This document shows, one piece after another, positions 1 to 14,796 of a stretch of DNA of 64,000 bases. Position numbers and translations under genes: made by a program. The first letter of the stretch is position 1. Every line of letters starts with the position of its first letter. The stretch comes from Oculina patagonica (taxonomy: Eukaryota). The stretch spans positions 11,656,001-11,720,000 of the forward strand of contig NC_135758.1 of the NCBI RefSeq assembly GCF_052425735.1. The letters run 5' to 3'. The notes under the pieces are model-generated. The model saw only the letters and a list, made by a program, of their open reading frames with translations, was not told the DNA's origin and did no database searches.

Positions 1-3000
1 GAGATGGAACAGGGAAGAAAACAAACAGAGTTTAACGAGGACAGCAGACAAGAGAGAGGTAAAAATGCTTTGATAAAGGGCTCTTCATTTCACTTTAGCA
101 AACAGTTTGCCTGCGTTTCAATGCACCTCTGAACAGGAAATGACGGAACTAACATTTGCTGTCTTGACTCGAAATGCGCGAGTCACAGATAAAACGAAAA
201 AAACTGAGTAGACGATCGACAGAGTAGAAGTCCATTTAATTATATCATTCATTTTTTCTGTACTATATAGCCTTAAGTCGTTGTAAATATTTGTCTTGTT
301 GCAACCTAAAATCTACTCGAAACATTTTTTAAAAGGTTCAAGTAGATATAACGTTACCAGAAAGATGGATATTTACAATAATTCGTAGTTCTATAAAAAA
401 TAATAAACCATTAACTACGATTGTATATGTTCAATTTAAATTTTTAAAGCCAATATTTTCTTTTAATTGTAGGTCTGAAGAAGACTAGCTCTATTAGTTA
501 AAATATTTCCTAACAAATACTATACTTTGCAATTGCCCTGTTTGCCCTTATTGCTTATACTTATTAGTTTGCTCAATTCGTATTCCGGTAGCGAGAAACC
601 AGCCACCTTTGTTTATGGCAAAATACAATAAAAATAACCTGTTTAAGGCACGGGTTCTTGCTTAATTTTGCCAAACAAAACTATCATATTGCTGTTACTC
701 AGGGGTAGTTAAAAAGAGGCGAGAAAAAAAGAAAAAAATTAACTGCTTCATTTTAAAATAACAAAGATAACCTATTTTCATTCGAGGCGTATTTTTGTCC
801 TTTTGTTCACAAGGAACACACAACAAAAGAAGCAAACACCAACATAGACAGTGGATCTGACGGCTCTGATATGAAAACAAACTAAAACAACCAGAACAGG
901 TGAAAGAAGTTATCTTGATAACTCACCATCTTCACGCTGGACAAAGGGTCCTCCATAGATCTCACACACGACAAAGAAAAATATCATTAAAAAGCGAAAT
1001 ACTTGGTTGATCATCTTGAGTTGAAGGGTTCAAAATCGTGTAGATCTTTCTCAAAGTTGACTAGGTTTTATTATTGTGTTGATAAAGGTCGCTAGGCGGG
1101 AGGTTTTCCTAACTTATCAACCCTATCAAAGAAAAAAGAAAATATGACACTTCTTATTTAGCAGCTTATAAAAATGGGATCGTTCAATGAACAAATGTCC
1201 ATTTAAGTCACAAACAATTCTAAAACTTGACGTCTTCGTTCCGCAGACCAGAAACAATTCAACTTGTTGATGTTATCGAGGACTGACAATACCAGAAGCT
1301 TTTGACAATCCAACTTCTCACTAAAGACTAAATAACTTTCTCCTAGCCAACAATTAGGTTGTTTTAACTGTCACGGCTCATTTTAATTTTAAGTATTGTA
1401 CTTTATATTACCTGAAACTTACCATAAGGACATTGGACGCCTATATCGCACCAGAACGTACGTTAGTTATCCACTTTTTCCATGTCCATTCCTTGATATT
1501 TATGTTTCGCGAAATGTTTCACAGAGCAATTCATGAAACATAGATGTCGCAAAAGGACTCGGTCGAGTTGTTAACATGTGCAGTTCCCTGATCAGAAGCG
1601 AAGTTGCGAATAGCGGTACACTGGACTCTTCCCTGTTTACATGTCTCTCCCAATATAATGGTCCGCGCTTTAACTTTTAGGGGTTACCTTTTTCAATCTA
1701 CTTCCAAGAGATCGAGTTTGTTTAAAGGAAGACCATATTCCGTAAGCTTGAGCGGTTGTTTTTATTTAACAAATCGTCAACGAAACAAATTTTACAGCTA
1801 ATATCACTGTGATTATCGAGCGCTTTGCAGACTGCGAATTTTTCATGGTAGCCTGCGAATATCGCAGGATATCTGTTACGCACGGATCACGAGCGAATAA
1901 CAATGACTTTCTGACTACAAATGGGCGTCGTTACAATTGACTCGTTGGATAATGATTATATATATAGCCTCTATTTCTACCGTTTTATGCTTCTCGCTCG
2001 TTCTACTTTCTGACAGAATAGATTGATTGTATTCTTCTTCCGGGTATCATTTCACTTTCTGAGAGAAAAATTAACTTCTGATCAGTTATAACGTTAAGGA
2101 ATCATCTGAAACTAGTATCAGACACAGTAGCAGTTGATTTTTTTCATTTTCCATATACTTATGACTATCGCATATCGGAAGCAATTTGGATTGGTCAGTT
2201 AGTAACGCTTTCAATCAATCACGATATAGGGGCAGCAAGCTTTTCCAGGAATATTGCCTAAGCATTTTGTCTCAGTCATTATTTCTCGTTTGCGTTTCCT
2301 GATTAGGAAATTTTTACTGGGCAAATAAATAGAATCTGATCTCAGTTGTAAGTCCGACACTCTAAAAAGGAACAACTGGTTGCGTCCTTTGTTATCGTAA
2401 AGGTGCCGTCCTTTTGTTGTTCACGCGCATAGATTGTGTGTTCAGTTCGTTTGTGATTTTTCAAACAGAGGTAATTGTAACACGAATGTTTCCAAACTTA
2501 AGAGATTGATTGTTAATGAGACACTAGATAATGTATAGGGCACATTACCCTTGTAGGAAGAGAATAATTACAATACGTCAAATCTCTGCAAATTTCAGTT
2601 TCTCGCATTCATCCCCTTGTTTACAGTGTGAACCAGAAAGCCTTATTTATCTTACATATGTAAATTTCTGCAGCAAACCATCGAATTATAGCTCAAAATG
2701 CAAGAAATTTAAACAAATGAACAGAGATGGCGCCAGCAGGTTATTTTTCATTAAGAATTGGTCATCTATTTTCTTTACTTCCTTTTTCAAAGTATAATGA
2801 AAGTGTTCGCGGTTTTTGTGTTAACACTGTAAGATTACAAAATAGCGGGAGGATAAAAATTGCAGGTGTATATTCTTTCTTTATCAGACTTGAAACTTAA
2901 CATGTTAAGACTTTCTAGAAATGGTTGGTTCGAGGAAATTCTGAACCTCAATTGAATTGAATGACACATTGTAGTATTAAAAAAACAAATTACGTACGTG

Positions 3001-4777
3001 ATACTGACCCACAGCTAGTGTGTGCACAAGTTTGGCATGAAGGAACTTAATTATTTCTAATTTGTATTGATGTTTTAATTTTATACTCAAGATCTTCCAC
3101 ATAGTTGTAAGGAGAGGTTCTTGTTTTTGCCGCAGACTGATTTTGGTCTCAGTTTGATTTTGACTTCCTGTGAAACGGTAAGTACACTAAAGATAAATAC
3201 GCCAAGCTAGTTATGATAGTTACGTTAGATTTAGATTTCATTCAAAGAAACAAATTTTCGACAAACAATGTTTGCACAAGTAATGTATGTAGTAACTTCA
3301 TTATTCTTAACTTGTATTGATATGTCAATGTTATACCCAAGATATTAAATAAGAATACGATACCTTGTTGCCCGAAAAAAAAAATGGCATGGGCTGAAAG
3401 CCGAATATAGAGGCATACGAAATGGACAACAGAACGTGCGTTCAAATACTTGTGTACAAACCTTGCTTGCTTGTTTAAAGGAAACGGTAGTTCTTTAATT
3501 AATCTCGTGGCGTTGTCCGAAGATGTCAATGCACTGAATCCTTTTTCTTCGGAATATTTAATTAATTCACTTTAGTTCAGCAAAAATACAAGTATTTTTG
3601 GGAGGCAATTTACATTGTTTTTAGTTTCCCACTTGAAAGTTATTTAAATTGTGTGAAACATTCAGGAATGAATGAGTTGAAACATTTTGTTGAAAGTTTT
3701 GAGCTCATTTGAGTCAAAAGCATTAGCTTCATTACATTTGTAACCGTATCGCAGCTTTGTTTCAAGGTCTTAAACTGGGTCCACCGCGCACAAACGTTCA
3801 AGCTATGGAATAGCTGATTGCAGCTGAATCATGCAGAATTTGCGAGAGGAAACGAAAGCAGATAAATTAGAAATTTGGATTTTTTGAACTACAAAGTTCG
3901 GTATATTTCCAATACTTTTTCTGTTGACATAATTCGTTTTGATTGTAATGTTGAGATTTGTCTGCTTTAATATTTTCTATTTTTTCTCTGGCTTGTTGCC
4001 CAAATTCTTAGTGTTTTGCCCGAAAAATGTTGGCACTGGGGGGGCTGCAGCCCCCTTCGCCCCCCCCCCCCCCCCCGCCTCGTACGCCTATGAGAGTCGG
4101 TCGAGCTAGGCGACCACGCAAGTAGAAGAAACGAGAAGCTCTTGGGGTGGAGTACTGCCGCTAATAATTGACTAGGGATACCTAACACTACAGCTGCCCC
4201 GCCTTTATTCTCTTTTTTTAGAGTGCCTACAAAGCGACATTTTTCTGCAAAATGGGAAAGTTACCGTTTGAAATGCACAATTCCAATGTCTGAGAATTCC
4301 ACGATAAAAATTGTCGATTTTATGAGTGTTGAAATTTCCACTTTTTGCTCGTGAATGCATAATGAACAAGTATAGTGGGGAAGTTGAGCCATCCGTCCAT
4401 CCTTCCATCGTTGTTAACATTATGCAAATTAGGTATGCTCACGGGCGCTTTCTAAATTTCGTTTCCCTCGGCTGTGGATAAAAATACAGCTTTACAAAGG
4501 TATCATTTCAAAGAAATAAGTGTAGAAAATACTTCACCCTGTAAATGAGAAACAATCGTTTCCCAAACGATGAAATATTGCCTTTTCGTATACAATAATC
4601 GCGAACATTCGGAAACGATGACCAGTGACTTTATGTATGTGTTATTAAAAGACTGGGAAGGTTAAATCACGGCACGATTTAATAAAGGATAATCAGTAAA
4701 AGAGTAACGAACTCTATACAAGACAGATATGTATATAATATCCGTGAAAAAAAAATAAGAAGAAAAAAGAATTTTAG

Positions 4778-4843
4778 CCACAGGGTATGAGAGCCGATCC
4801 CGGGTCACACGCTTCAGAACGCAGAGCAGTACCACTGAGCCAT
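4778..4843 (-). repeat. tRNA-derived SINE head relic
   Basis: Minus strand reads GATGGCTCAGTGGTA...CCCGGGATCGGCTC, an A-box (TGGCTCAGTGG) plus a degenerate B-box; no intact cloverleaf. Confidence 0.45.
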
Positions 4844-5123
4844 CGGTTTACTAAGCAATTAAAACGATGAAAAAAGTAATTCTTATACCTAAGCGACCTG
4901 TTATATGTTCACCCTATTTAAATAAAGTTGATTAATATTATCAATCACTATAATGAATATTTTCCATCGATACTATACTGTTCAAAGGAATCAACGCATT
5001 CACGAGTAGGTCATAGACCTCTTTGATTTGCCTTCGAAAGTGGCACTCGAATCGCGCGGCCAAAATACCACGTGGCATCAAGGTGTGACATCAAGGTGTG
5101 TTTGCCCAGGTCTTGAGCAAAAT

Positions 5124-5355
5124 ATGGCCGACAGTAAGAAGAGGGAACGTTAAGGGGAACGATTTTGCGCTGCTGGTGCACCAAATAACCGACCTAGCCT
5201 AAACATATCACAAAGCAGGGCATACGAATGCACCAAATTTAATCTGAGCAGGTTTAAAGGGGAGGGAGAGTACGATTTGTACGGAGAAATCGCGCTGATT
5301 TTCACTGATTTCAACCCAACTTCGAAAACATCGCTGTGCTCTGCGCATTTTCGAG
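5124..5355 (+). pseudogene. THAP zinc-finger domain relic, probably from a DNA transposon
   Basis: ATG at 5124 gives MADSKKRER*GERFCAAGAPNN, and further on DFNPTSKTSLCSAHF, matching the THAP N-terminal Cys and C-terminal CSxHF motifs. In-frame stop and scrambled middle. Confidence 0.6.
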
Positions 5356-6118
5356 GACTTGTGCTACCAGAGAAGTTCATCTGCGCTCTTTAACTTGGAT
5401 TTAGTCGAGGGATGGAAACTTTGGTCTTTTCGGCAAAGGAGCTTTTTTTCCATCTAACTTTAGGGAGCGCAAAAAAAGGCAAGTAAGCTCAAATGCCGCA
5501 TGTCGTCCAGCAAATCTCAGACGGTGGTGGGCTGACGGAGTCTTTTATCCGGGCAAGTAGTTTGTGTCTGGCAAATCACGGTTTTAAACTGAGTCTTGCT
5601 TATCGTTTATGGCGGACAAATTTGTAGATATGTTCGTACTCGTTCTTGGACAAATAAACTCGGTCTTACTTCTTCTTGACCTTGTGAAATTAAGAGAGCA
5701 CAATTCAACGTTAAGTTTTCATTTATACGTCAAAGTCTGCAGATAAACTCTGCCTAACTCTGGCTCTTCTCGTGTAAATGTAAATCTGCAATAACTGTTA
5801 CAATACTAACTCGTACTGTAAGCCCTGTTCCTACCCAACAAGTGCTTTATGATGTTCTTTCGTAACATGGTTCATAATGCAAAATTCTATTGTTTTTTTT
5901 TTTTTTTTAATCGACTGGATGTCGTTGACGCCGGAAAGCTATAAATCCAATAATAGATAGATTGCACTTAAAGTAATTAAACTAGATAGAGTACAGTACT
6001 ACAGGAGTATTGTTGTTAAGATAACTATCCAGTGTCCTCTGATATCATACGTAAAAACTTTAAGTCATCTCTTTTGCAAACTGAAAAGGGAACTAAGGCA
6101 GTTTTAAAATTCTGTTTT

Positions 6119-6156
6119 AAATAATAATAATAATAATAATAATAATAATTTAATAA
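6119..6156. repeat. (AAT)n microsatellite
   Basis: Direct tandem aataataat... run. Confidence 0.9.
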
Positions 6157-6272
6157 TTTATATAGCGCTTTTTAATCATTTTTTTTTTTTTAAACATCTT
6201 TTTAAACAGCTTTTTTTAAACATTTTTTATCATTGTATTTTGCATATAGCTTTAAGAAGAGTCCCCGCTGTC

Positions 6273-9200
6273 ATGAACTCAGTACAAGACATTTTAGAAG
6301 GCATCTGGATTGCTATAGTCGTTGCTACTTACCTTCTTAACACCTATCGCGGTCTGAAAGCCATCGAGTTGTGCAAGGAATGCTTGATTATCCTCAATAA
6401 CATAGCAAGCCGCAACGAAGCTGCACTTGATAAGAAATTGGTCGTCAAAGTACTTTTTAACCTGATATACACTACATTATTCCAGGCGTCATGTGTTATC
6501 CATGATTATACAAATGCAGTGCAATACGGCAGAAAAATACTTGAAATGCATCACAAATGTGGTGACATAGTGAAGGAGGCCGAGATGAACATAACTCTGG
6601 CAAACAGTTTGATCCATCAAAGAAAATATGAAGAGGCAAAAGAGCTTTATGAAAGAGTAATTAGCATAGCAATAGAAATTGGCGACAAAGAAGGAGAAGC
6701 CAGCGTCTATAAACAAATTGGATCTATGTTTTATTCCCTTTCTCAATTTGTCAAGGCTGAAGCTTATATCGAGAAAGCACTTGCAATCGCAGCAGTAATT
6801 AATGACAAAAAAGAAGAAGCCTGGTGTTATGGAAACCTGGGAGTTGTGTTACGATGTCTAGGTCAATACAGCAAGGCTAAAAACTACATCGAGAAAGCAC
6901 TTGCGATCAGGAAAGACATTGGTGGTAGAGAAGAACAAGCACAAGATTACGGGAACCTAGGAATGGTGTTTACATCACTTGCTCAGTACGATAAGGCTAA
7001 AGCATGTCTTCAGAAAGCGCTTGTGATCAGAAAATACACTGGTGATAGAAGAGGCGAAGCGACAGACTACGGAAATCTAGGAGACATATCTTTACGTCTT
7101 GGTGAATTTGGCGAGGCCAAAAAGTATCTCGAGAAGGCACTTATGATCAGCAAAGACGTTGGTTACAGGAACAACGAACCGAAAATTTATGGAAGTCTTG
7201 GAACTGTCTTTCAATCTATTGGCGAACATGTCACAGCTAAACGATATATTGAGAAAGCACTTGACATCGCAACAGAAATTGGTGACAGACATAGTGAAGC
7301 AACCAACTGCGGAAGGCTAGGAACAATATTTCTTAATCTTGGAGAATATTCAAAGGCCAATGAATACCTTGTAAAAGCACTTGAAATCAGTATAGAGATT
7401 GGCTACAGAAAAGAAGAAGCAACAGATTACGGAGACCTAGGACGTATGTTTAAATCCCTTGGTGAATATGCCAAGGCTAAGGAACATCTAGAGAAAGCCG
7501 TTGCGATAACAAAGGAAATTGGTGACAGACAAGGGGAGGCGGCAAATAACACAAACCTGGGAAACGTTTTGGTTTCAATTGGTGAATATAGCAAGGCTGA
7601 AGAATGCCATGAGAAAGCGCTTTCAATCAACAAAGAAATAGGTTGCAGAGATGGAGAAGCTCGATGTTACGGAAACATGGCAATTGTCTTTCAAACTCGT
7701 GGCGAGTATGTAAAGGCGCAAGATTATCTGGAGAAAGCAATAGCGATCCAAATTGAAATTGGTGACAGAGCAGGAGAAGCAGGTTGTTACGGAAACCTCG
7801 GAAATGTTTATAGATCTCTTGGTAAATGTGGCGAGGCCGAAAAATATCTCAAGAAAGCACTTGTGATCAGCGAAGAAATAGGAGACAGACAAGGACAAGC
7901 GTCATGTTATGAAAACCTGGGAACTTTCTTTCAAGATATTGATGAATATTCCAAGGCTGCAGAGTTCATCGAAAAAGCACTCGCGATCAGTAAAGAAATT
8001 GGTGACAGGCAAGGAGAGGCAGCAAGTTATGGAAACCTAGGAACTGTGTTTATATCTCTTGGTGAGTATGTCAGGGCAGAAGAATATCTGGAGAAATCAC
8101 TTGTGATGAGCAGAGAGATTGGTGACAAAAAAGGAGCATCAGACGATTATGGAAACCTTGGGAATCGTGTATCTATATCGTGGCGAATATATCAAGGCTG
8201 AAGAGTGTATCCAAAAAGCACTAGAAATCAGGGTACAAATTGGTGACAAAGAAGGAGAAGCAAGGGATTATACAAACCTGGGACAGTTTTTTATAGCGCT
8301 TGGAGAATATGTCAAAGCCGAAGATTATCTAAAGAAAGCACTTAAGATTCAAAAGGACATTGGTAACAGAAAAGGAGAAGCAGCCAGCTACGGAAGCCTA
8401 GGAAATATGTCTCAAATGCTTCAGAAAATATGACAAGGCTGTGGAATATCTCGAGGAAGCTCTTGCGATCGAAATAGAAATTGGTGACAAAAGAGGTGAA
8501 GCAGCAGATTATGGAAGCCTAGGAGATGTGTATAAATCATTGGGTGATTTTGACAAGGCAAAGAAAAATTACGAGAAAGCACTTGCTATCAAAGTAGAAA
8601 TTGGTGATAAGCAAGGAGAGGCCTCATGTCGTGGAAGACTTGGAACTGTGTTCATGACTTTTGGAGATCATGTCAAGGCAGAGGAATGTCTAGAGAAGGC
8701 GCTTGCATTTAGCACAGATATTGGGGATGGTGAAGAGGAGCTTTTTGATCTCTACAATTTGGCGTTGGTGAAATTAGTACAAGGCAAAGTCCACGAAGCG
8801 TTTCGTTATCTCCTTCCTAGTCTTAAAAAGTGCGAGGATTTGCGTGGCTTCCTTGAAGACAATGATCAGTATAAGATCTCTTTTGCAGACAAAAACGCTT
8901 TTCTCTACAAATCCTTAAGTGAGTGGTTTTGTCTCGAAGGATATCCTAATCAAGCTCTTTATGTCCAAGATCTGGCACGTGCCAGAGCTCTTGGAGACTT
9001 AATGTCAGCGCAGTAATGTGTTGGAAAACCGTTCTCGGCAAGTCCCCAGTCGTGGGTTGGAATTGAGAAGATAATGAAGAAAGAAAGAAATTCTACTTGT
9101 CTTTATATTTCAAATAATGATCAAAGTCTACGTTTTTGGATCCTCAAACCAGGCGGTGCCATACATTTCATCACAAGGATGGTAAATGGCAACAACTTTA

Positions 9201-10285
9201 ACCGGGGCCATGAATCAAGTTTGAACGATTTTTTAAATAAAATCTTCAGAGGTTTACGTTTAGTACCTGACAGGCATTGTGAAGATCGATCTCTAAATAG
9301 TATTCAACAGAGTGATACCGTATCTTTTGACGACAGCCTTCCAGTTTCTCGAATGGCAAATGATGGCAACGAAAACAAAGAACAGGAACTAAACCTATCT
9401 CTGTGTTATGAAATGTTTATCGCTCCCGTGGCTGACTTTCTTGACAGTCCTGAAATCGTCATTGTTCCTGATCAATCCTTGTATAAAGTTCCATTTGCAG
9501 CTTTAATCGATGAAAATGGGAAATATCTCTCCGAGTCTTTCAGGATCCGCAGCGTTCCTTCTTTGACGACTCTCAAGCTCATTCAAGACAGTCCAGCCGA
9601 CTATCACAGTCAAACAGGCGCATTGATAGTGGGTGATCCTGATGTTGGTTGGGTGCGTTACAAAGGAAAGAAAGAGAAAAAACGTAGATTACCCTGTGCA
9701 GGAAAGGAAGCCGCTATGATTGGACGTCTTCTGGGCGTCGAACCTCTGTTAGGACAGCAAGCAACTAAGCAGGCAGTACTCCATAGAATACCCTCAGTCA
9801 GTCTGATACATATTGCCGCACATGCTTACGCCGAAAAGGGTGAAATTGCACTGTCCCCTGTATCCTCTTCGAATTCTAGCAAAAATCCTGCTAAAGAGCC
9901 TGACTACCTGTTGACAATGTCTGACATTTCTCGTGTTCAACTGCGAGCTAAACTGGTTGTACTTAGCTGTTGTCACAGTGGGAAGGGACAACTTCGAGCT
10001 GAGGGAGTTGTTGGAATCGCTCGAGCATTCTTAGGATCTGGTGCACGCTCAGTGTTGGTGGCACTATGGGCCATAGAGGATACTGTGACGGAGCAGTTCA
10101 TGACTCGTTTCTACGAACACCTTATTCGCGGAGAAAGTGCAAGTGAATGTCTTCACGAGACCATGAAGTGGATGAGAAGTAACGGCTATTCTGACGTAAA
10201 ACATTGGGCACCTTTCATGCTAATTGGAGATAACGTGACATTTGAGTTTGGAAAGGACAGTAAGTTGTTAACAACACACTACTAA
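6273..10285 (+). pseudogene. TTC28-like TPR-CHAT gene copy 1, disrupted (19 x 40-aa TPR units + CHAT protease)
   Basis: ORFs 6240-8201, 8119-8433, 8441-9016 and 9074-10285 join into one protein collinear with the intact paralogue. Lesions: +1 G near 8160, +1 A near 8427, in-frame TAA at 9014-9016. Acceptor tatag near 6249, ATG 6273. CHAT motifs HIAAHA, VVLSCC, FLGSGARSVLVALW, WAPFMLIGD. Probable last exon 10824-10843 (donor 10260, giving ...GKDRARAEK*). Confidence 0.85.
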
Positions 10286-11839
10286 ATTTTCTATTGTTAA
10301 CAGAAAATTAGATCACAATCAAACCTAACTCTTTTTAATACGGCTTTAGTACGATTTCTTTGAACGTTATCGTTTATTCTTAGAAGCAAATAGGTCACTT
10401 AATTGGTCTCGTTGGGAAATATTACTCAATTTGGTCATTATAGCTTTAAAACTTCAGTAAGATAGCACAAGCACTTTTTTTTAACGGGCCTTCCCCTTGT
10501 TGACAAACTAAGTTAACAGCAGTTTTGAAAACGCAGTTGTGATAAAATACATATACTTATGTATAAGTTACATAAAAGAAGGGGAGCTACATAACCTATC
10601 CTCGAACCTAATATTCATTATTTATTCTTTTATTATTATTATTACAATGCTGTCAAAGTCGTATTGTTCTGCCTTCACAGAGACATCGCATGTAAGATCA
10701 AATTTAAGTCTTATGCATGAAATAAACCAAACTGAGAAGAGTTCCAGTAATTGACAACACTATTATTATGGTGTGTTTTAAGTGAGCTAGTAATAATTAA
10801 TATTAATTCCCATTGTTTTGTAGGAGCAAGGGCTGAGAAGTAATCTCTGGACCCTTCGAGGCCAACGTCAAGCACGTAATCAGTAAGGCAGGAAACGCCT
10901 GCAACGAAAACGAATGTATTTTTAACCGCGTAATATCAGTGCTTCAATAAGATGCTTTCTGTAAAACTTCGGTATGCAAAGATCATCTTTTTTAATCACG
11001 TAAAACACAAAATGAAATTAGGGGCAATGCAATCAAAATAAAGACTTGAACGGAATACATATAAAAGTTTTGGAACATTTTTGTATGTGCTCGAGAAGTT
11101 CTCTTAGCTCTATCTCCTCATTTGCCTTCTATTTGTTCAATGTAAATCAATGTTCCAGGCAAACATAGTGTAAAAACTGATCCGAGATGCAGAGACGGAG
11201 GCATAAAATGCTAGAAGACTGATTATTTTGTATGCTTACTGCATATATAGTTTTGTATTATATCTTAAAGTCAGAGAATAATGTGGTTTATAATTTGTAA
11301 CTTCATTGTAGTCTGAATGATCCAGAACTCCTATTTTGTAATTTTATTTCGTTTGTTAATGTACGTTTTTGATATTATAAGGTTTGTTGGACCTCGGGGT
11401 TCGTTTTGCGCCAATAAAGCAGTTTTTATACTACAGCATATATTAAGATACACTTTATTAGTTTTATGTCGTTATTTACCTTAGTTTTACAAAAAGCTCT
11501 CGAGAAATGACGACCAACAAAGTCCTAAGTGGCTGACGTAGTCTTTGTGCATTCATAGGAAACCCCTTCATAATAGGTTTTGTTACTGTACATTGGATAC
11601 TTGTCTGAAGTACAGTGTAAACTAGAACTAAAACGCAGTCTACATTATCATTGAGTGAAGTGCCTTAAGGATTAAAAGAATTTGTTCGGTTACTTTTCCG
11701 GAACTTTTCGGAGAACTTTCCTGGAAACTTGTCTGGAAATCTGACTAGCTAGGAAGAGGGTCCTGAGGGGTTTTTTCATTCATAAAGTTTTTTATTAGTT
11801 CCAAATCCCAGTCCCAGTGACCCAAGTGAGTGACAAACC

Positions 11840-12273
11840 CCATAAATTTCGGATAGGGGTGTGCCATGAAGGTTCTTAAACCCTGACCCTATTTAAGGAT
11901 AAACAAAGTGAAAATTGATAGGCTTTTTTTTAAGGCTCAAAACCGAAAAATGACACTCTATTCAAGGGGAGGAGACCGTGACGATCCAAATAACGGCTAA
12001 CCGCACACGGCAAAACAAAAATCCTTAGAAAATCGCTTAACTAATACTTGAAAGGATAGTACAGTTTTAGGATCCTCTTTTTCGTTTAGCTAGGCGTCTT
12101 TTAGCTGATATAATTTAGGTACCCTATTTAAGGATCACACAAAAAACACAATGCCAAAAGGAGCAAAAATGATACCCTATTTAAGGACAGAGAATTAACC
12201 TCAAAAACCATACCCTATCTTGCGGCACATACGTACATAGCCCATATATATATGGGAGTAACCCCCCCCCCGG
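11840..12273. mobile_element. Non-autonomous DNA element (CCCGGG-ended MITE)
   Basis: Subterminal repeat ACCCTATTTAAGGA at ~11887, 12121 and 12174; right end ...TGGGAGTAACCCCCCCCCCGGG; left end degenerate. Confidence 0.55.
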
Positions 12274-14583
12274 GGGGGAGGGGGTGACAAATTGTCATAC
12301 ATTGTCAACCCCGCTTTACGGACACTGTTTATCTGTGCACTGCCAATTTTCATTGTCGCGATTATTATATATTTGCGAGCTTCACCCTGGTCAAATAATG
12401 ACAGAATTGGACGATTTTATTACAAAGAGTAGCTTAATAGCGAGACTTGCAAAGGTTTTGTCGAATCTTCAGTCCGCCTGGTTGTGTCGCAAGCTTAAGG
12501 CTTCCTTCCAAAATAAAGTTACCGACTTTTTCATATGAGGTTGTAGAGTTTAAGAACGGTTACGGTCAGGGTTATACTTTCAGTTACAAAGGAAACTTTA
12601 TAGAAAACGTTCTGTTGCTGTTGAAATGCGTTTTATTTCTTGTATATAGTAAAGTTGTGACATTTTCAAATAATTCCACTGTTGAGTTTACTGAAGTTTA
12701 GTTTGAGTGTCTGACTAGGCTTTCGTAAAAACTATTAATTTTAGTCAGAGAGTTAAGAGTTAGCATTTGTTACAGTTACAGTACAATTAAACAACGTTTT
12801 GTTGTCGTAAAAACGTCCGCCTTGTCTTTGTGTCAATAAAACATGTACCCGTGTCTTTTTTCTGAGACCCCGCTTAATACGGCTTGTGACTTTCAGTTTC
12901 AAGCGCTGGTCCGTATCTTCGTCTTTGCTAACACGTACTCAGGCTCTAAACGGAGGCATGACAATAATAACTAGAAGAGAAGTTAAACATTTTTTTCGTT
13001 TCTGTACAAGCGGAACTTTTAAAGAAGGCAAGGATTTCTAGGGCAGCCTTATACAACGATTTTTTCGGTGGCTTTTATTACGGTTTTCAAAAGAAGTATT
13101 TCATAACTCTGTTTCATATAAGACATTTTGTTATTAAAAAAATAATTCGATACGATTGAAACAAATTAGACGGAGGCGGGGCAAACCAAAAATAAGCGGT
13201 GCCGGTTATTTCATCATGAGTTGACACAAGCGAGGGCTCGCAAGCACTGGAAACCGAAAATGATTGGTTGTCAGAAGCAACGTCATTCAGTCATAACAGT
13301 ACTTATAGTGGAGCAACACTTCTACATTGTTAGCTTACTTAAATAATCGTCCTAATTATTGAGGAAGGTTGATTTGGTATCTGTCCGACTTTGACATCCA
13401 AAAGAAAGGTGAGAGCAGCATATACATTGTAAAACCTTAACGTAATATTGTTAATTATAATATTGTTAAACCTTTACACAGTATCGGAGTTGTTTTTCGT
13501 TTAATTGACAACAACCTTTTCAAGTCTATGACACTGAGGCTAGTTTGAAACTAGCCTCAAAGAAAATCTTTGAAGCTGGATAAAGTTAAATATATGCTTT
13601 GATTGTACAACTGTTTGTCTTCTTCATTAGAGAGTGACCACTTGACCAATGTTCTTTGTTTCGCGCTGTTCTTCCTTACAAAAACTGAACATTGAGTGAC
13701 AAAGTTTAGATGACAAAATGACTTCCTTGTTTGCGCTCATAAATAGGTGTGAGATAGATACGAATTCTGGTGCAGTTTGTTTCGGAGGACAGAAGTCCTT
13801 TTATTTCGAGAAAAAAAAAGAAGAAAATTAGTTTTTCTCGTCGTCTTGCGTAATATTAGCAGAGTTTCCAACTTCGCTTTCACGGCTGATGTCTGTTTCG
13901 GCGGTAACGCCATCGTGATTTTTCTTCGGCTTCTTGGCACGTAGTTTTGGTTTTGTTGTCGGACGTGATCTTTTCCTTTCCCGAGATTCATGCTTCCCGG
14001 AAGCTACAGCTCGGGAAGTTTTTTTTTTTTTTTTTTTTTTTTTTTTGTAGAAAATTCGAGTTTTTTTTTTCATTGAGCGCTGCAGGTACAGACATTTTTC
14101 AAGAAAAAAATAATCTGTCGCACCACCAAATCGGGTTTGCTAGTTGCTCCTCAGGTGGTTTTCTAGTCACGTGTTCAGTTTCTCAAGTGATCCAAAGTAA
14201 TGATTGGTGAGGTAGAATAGTCCAATTTTGGCCCAGAAATCGCCATCATTGGGACACTTTCAAATTTATCGACAGAAAACTGTTTCTTCCTCTACTAGAA
14301 GGTATTTTTAGGGATGTGGCGAGACTCTTCAAAATAAAACAATTTAAAATTAAGGAAGAGTTTTTGACGATAACAGCAATTTTAATTTTGTAGTCACTCT
14401 TTCGCCGGCGTAACTCAAACTGCGGTTTTATTAATCGTCGTTTAATCTACAGAGAATTGACCAGGGCTCTTGTTTTTTTAATTCCTTTGTGAATTGCCAT
14501 TATTGTAGTCCTTTACTCTCGAAAAGTTCCAAGCATTTCAATGCAAATGGCTTGACTGCTCTGTATTGTTCCCTCGTCTCCAT

Positions 14584-14796
14584 AGAGGCCCTGTTAGGTT
14601 TTTAGGGATAATGGATAACTCGGAAAATGATTTTAGGGATAAGGTTTGAATGTTTAAATAATTACAGGGATAAAGTATCACAACTCAATTTTAGGCATAA
14701 CGAAAATCAAAATAATAAGGTCAACACCTTTAGTAATTTTATGGATAAGTAGAAATGCCCTGGATGGGATAACGTTACCCCCATAACAGGGCCTCT
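14584..14796. mobile_element. MITE with 13-bp TIRs
   Basis: AGAGGCCCTGTTA (14584) and TAACAGGGCCTCT (ending 14796); internal TTTAGGGATAA-like repeats. Confidence 0.75.

Noticed and set aside
1-132. Open frame at the window start (EMEQGRKQTEFNEDSRQER...)
   Set aside because: Too short and without a recognisable motif; may be the tail of an upstream gene but cannot be supported.
6600-8700. 120-bp periodicity resembling a CRISPR or satellite array
   Set aside because: The periodicity is the protein-coding TPR unit; no invariant repeat/spacer structure, and the context is eukaryotic.
13737-14210. ORFs with poly-Lys or poly-Phe
   Set aside because: Products of a poly-T tract.
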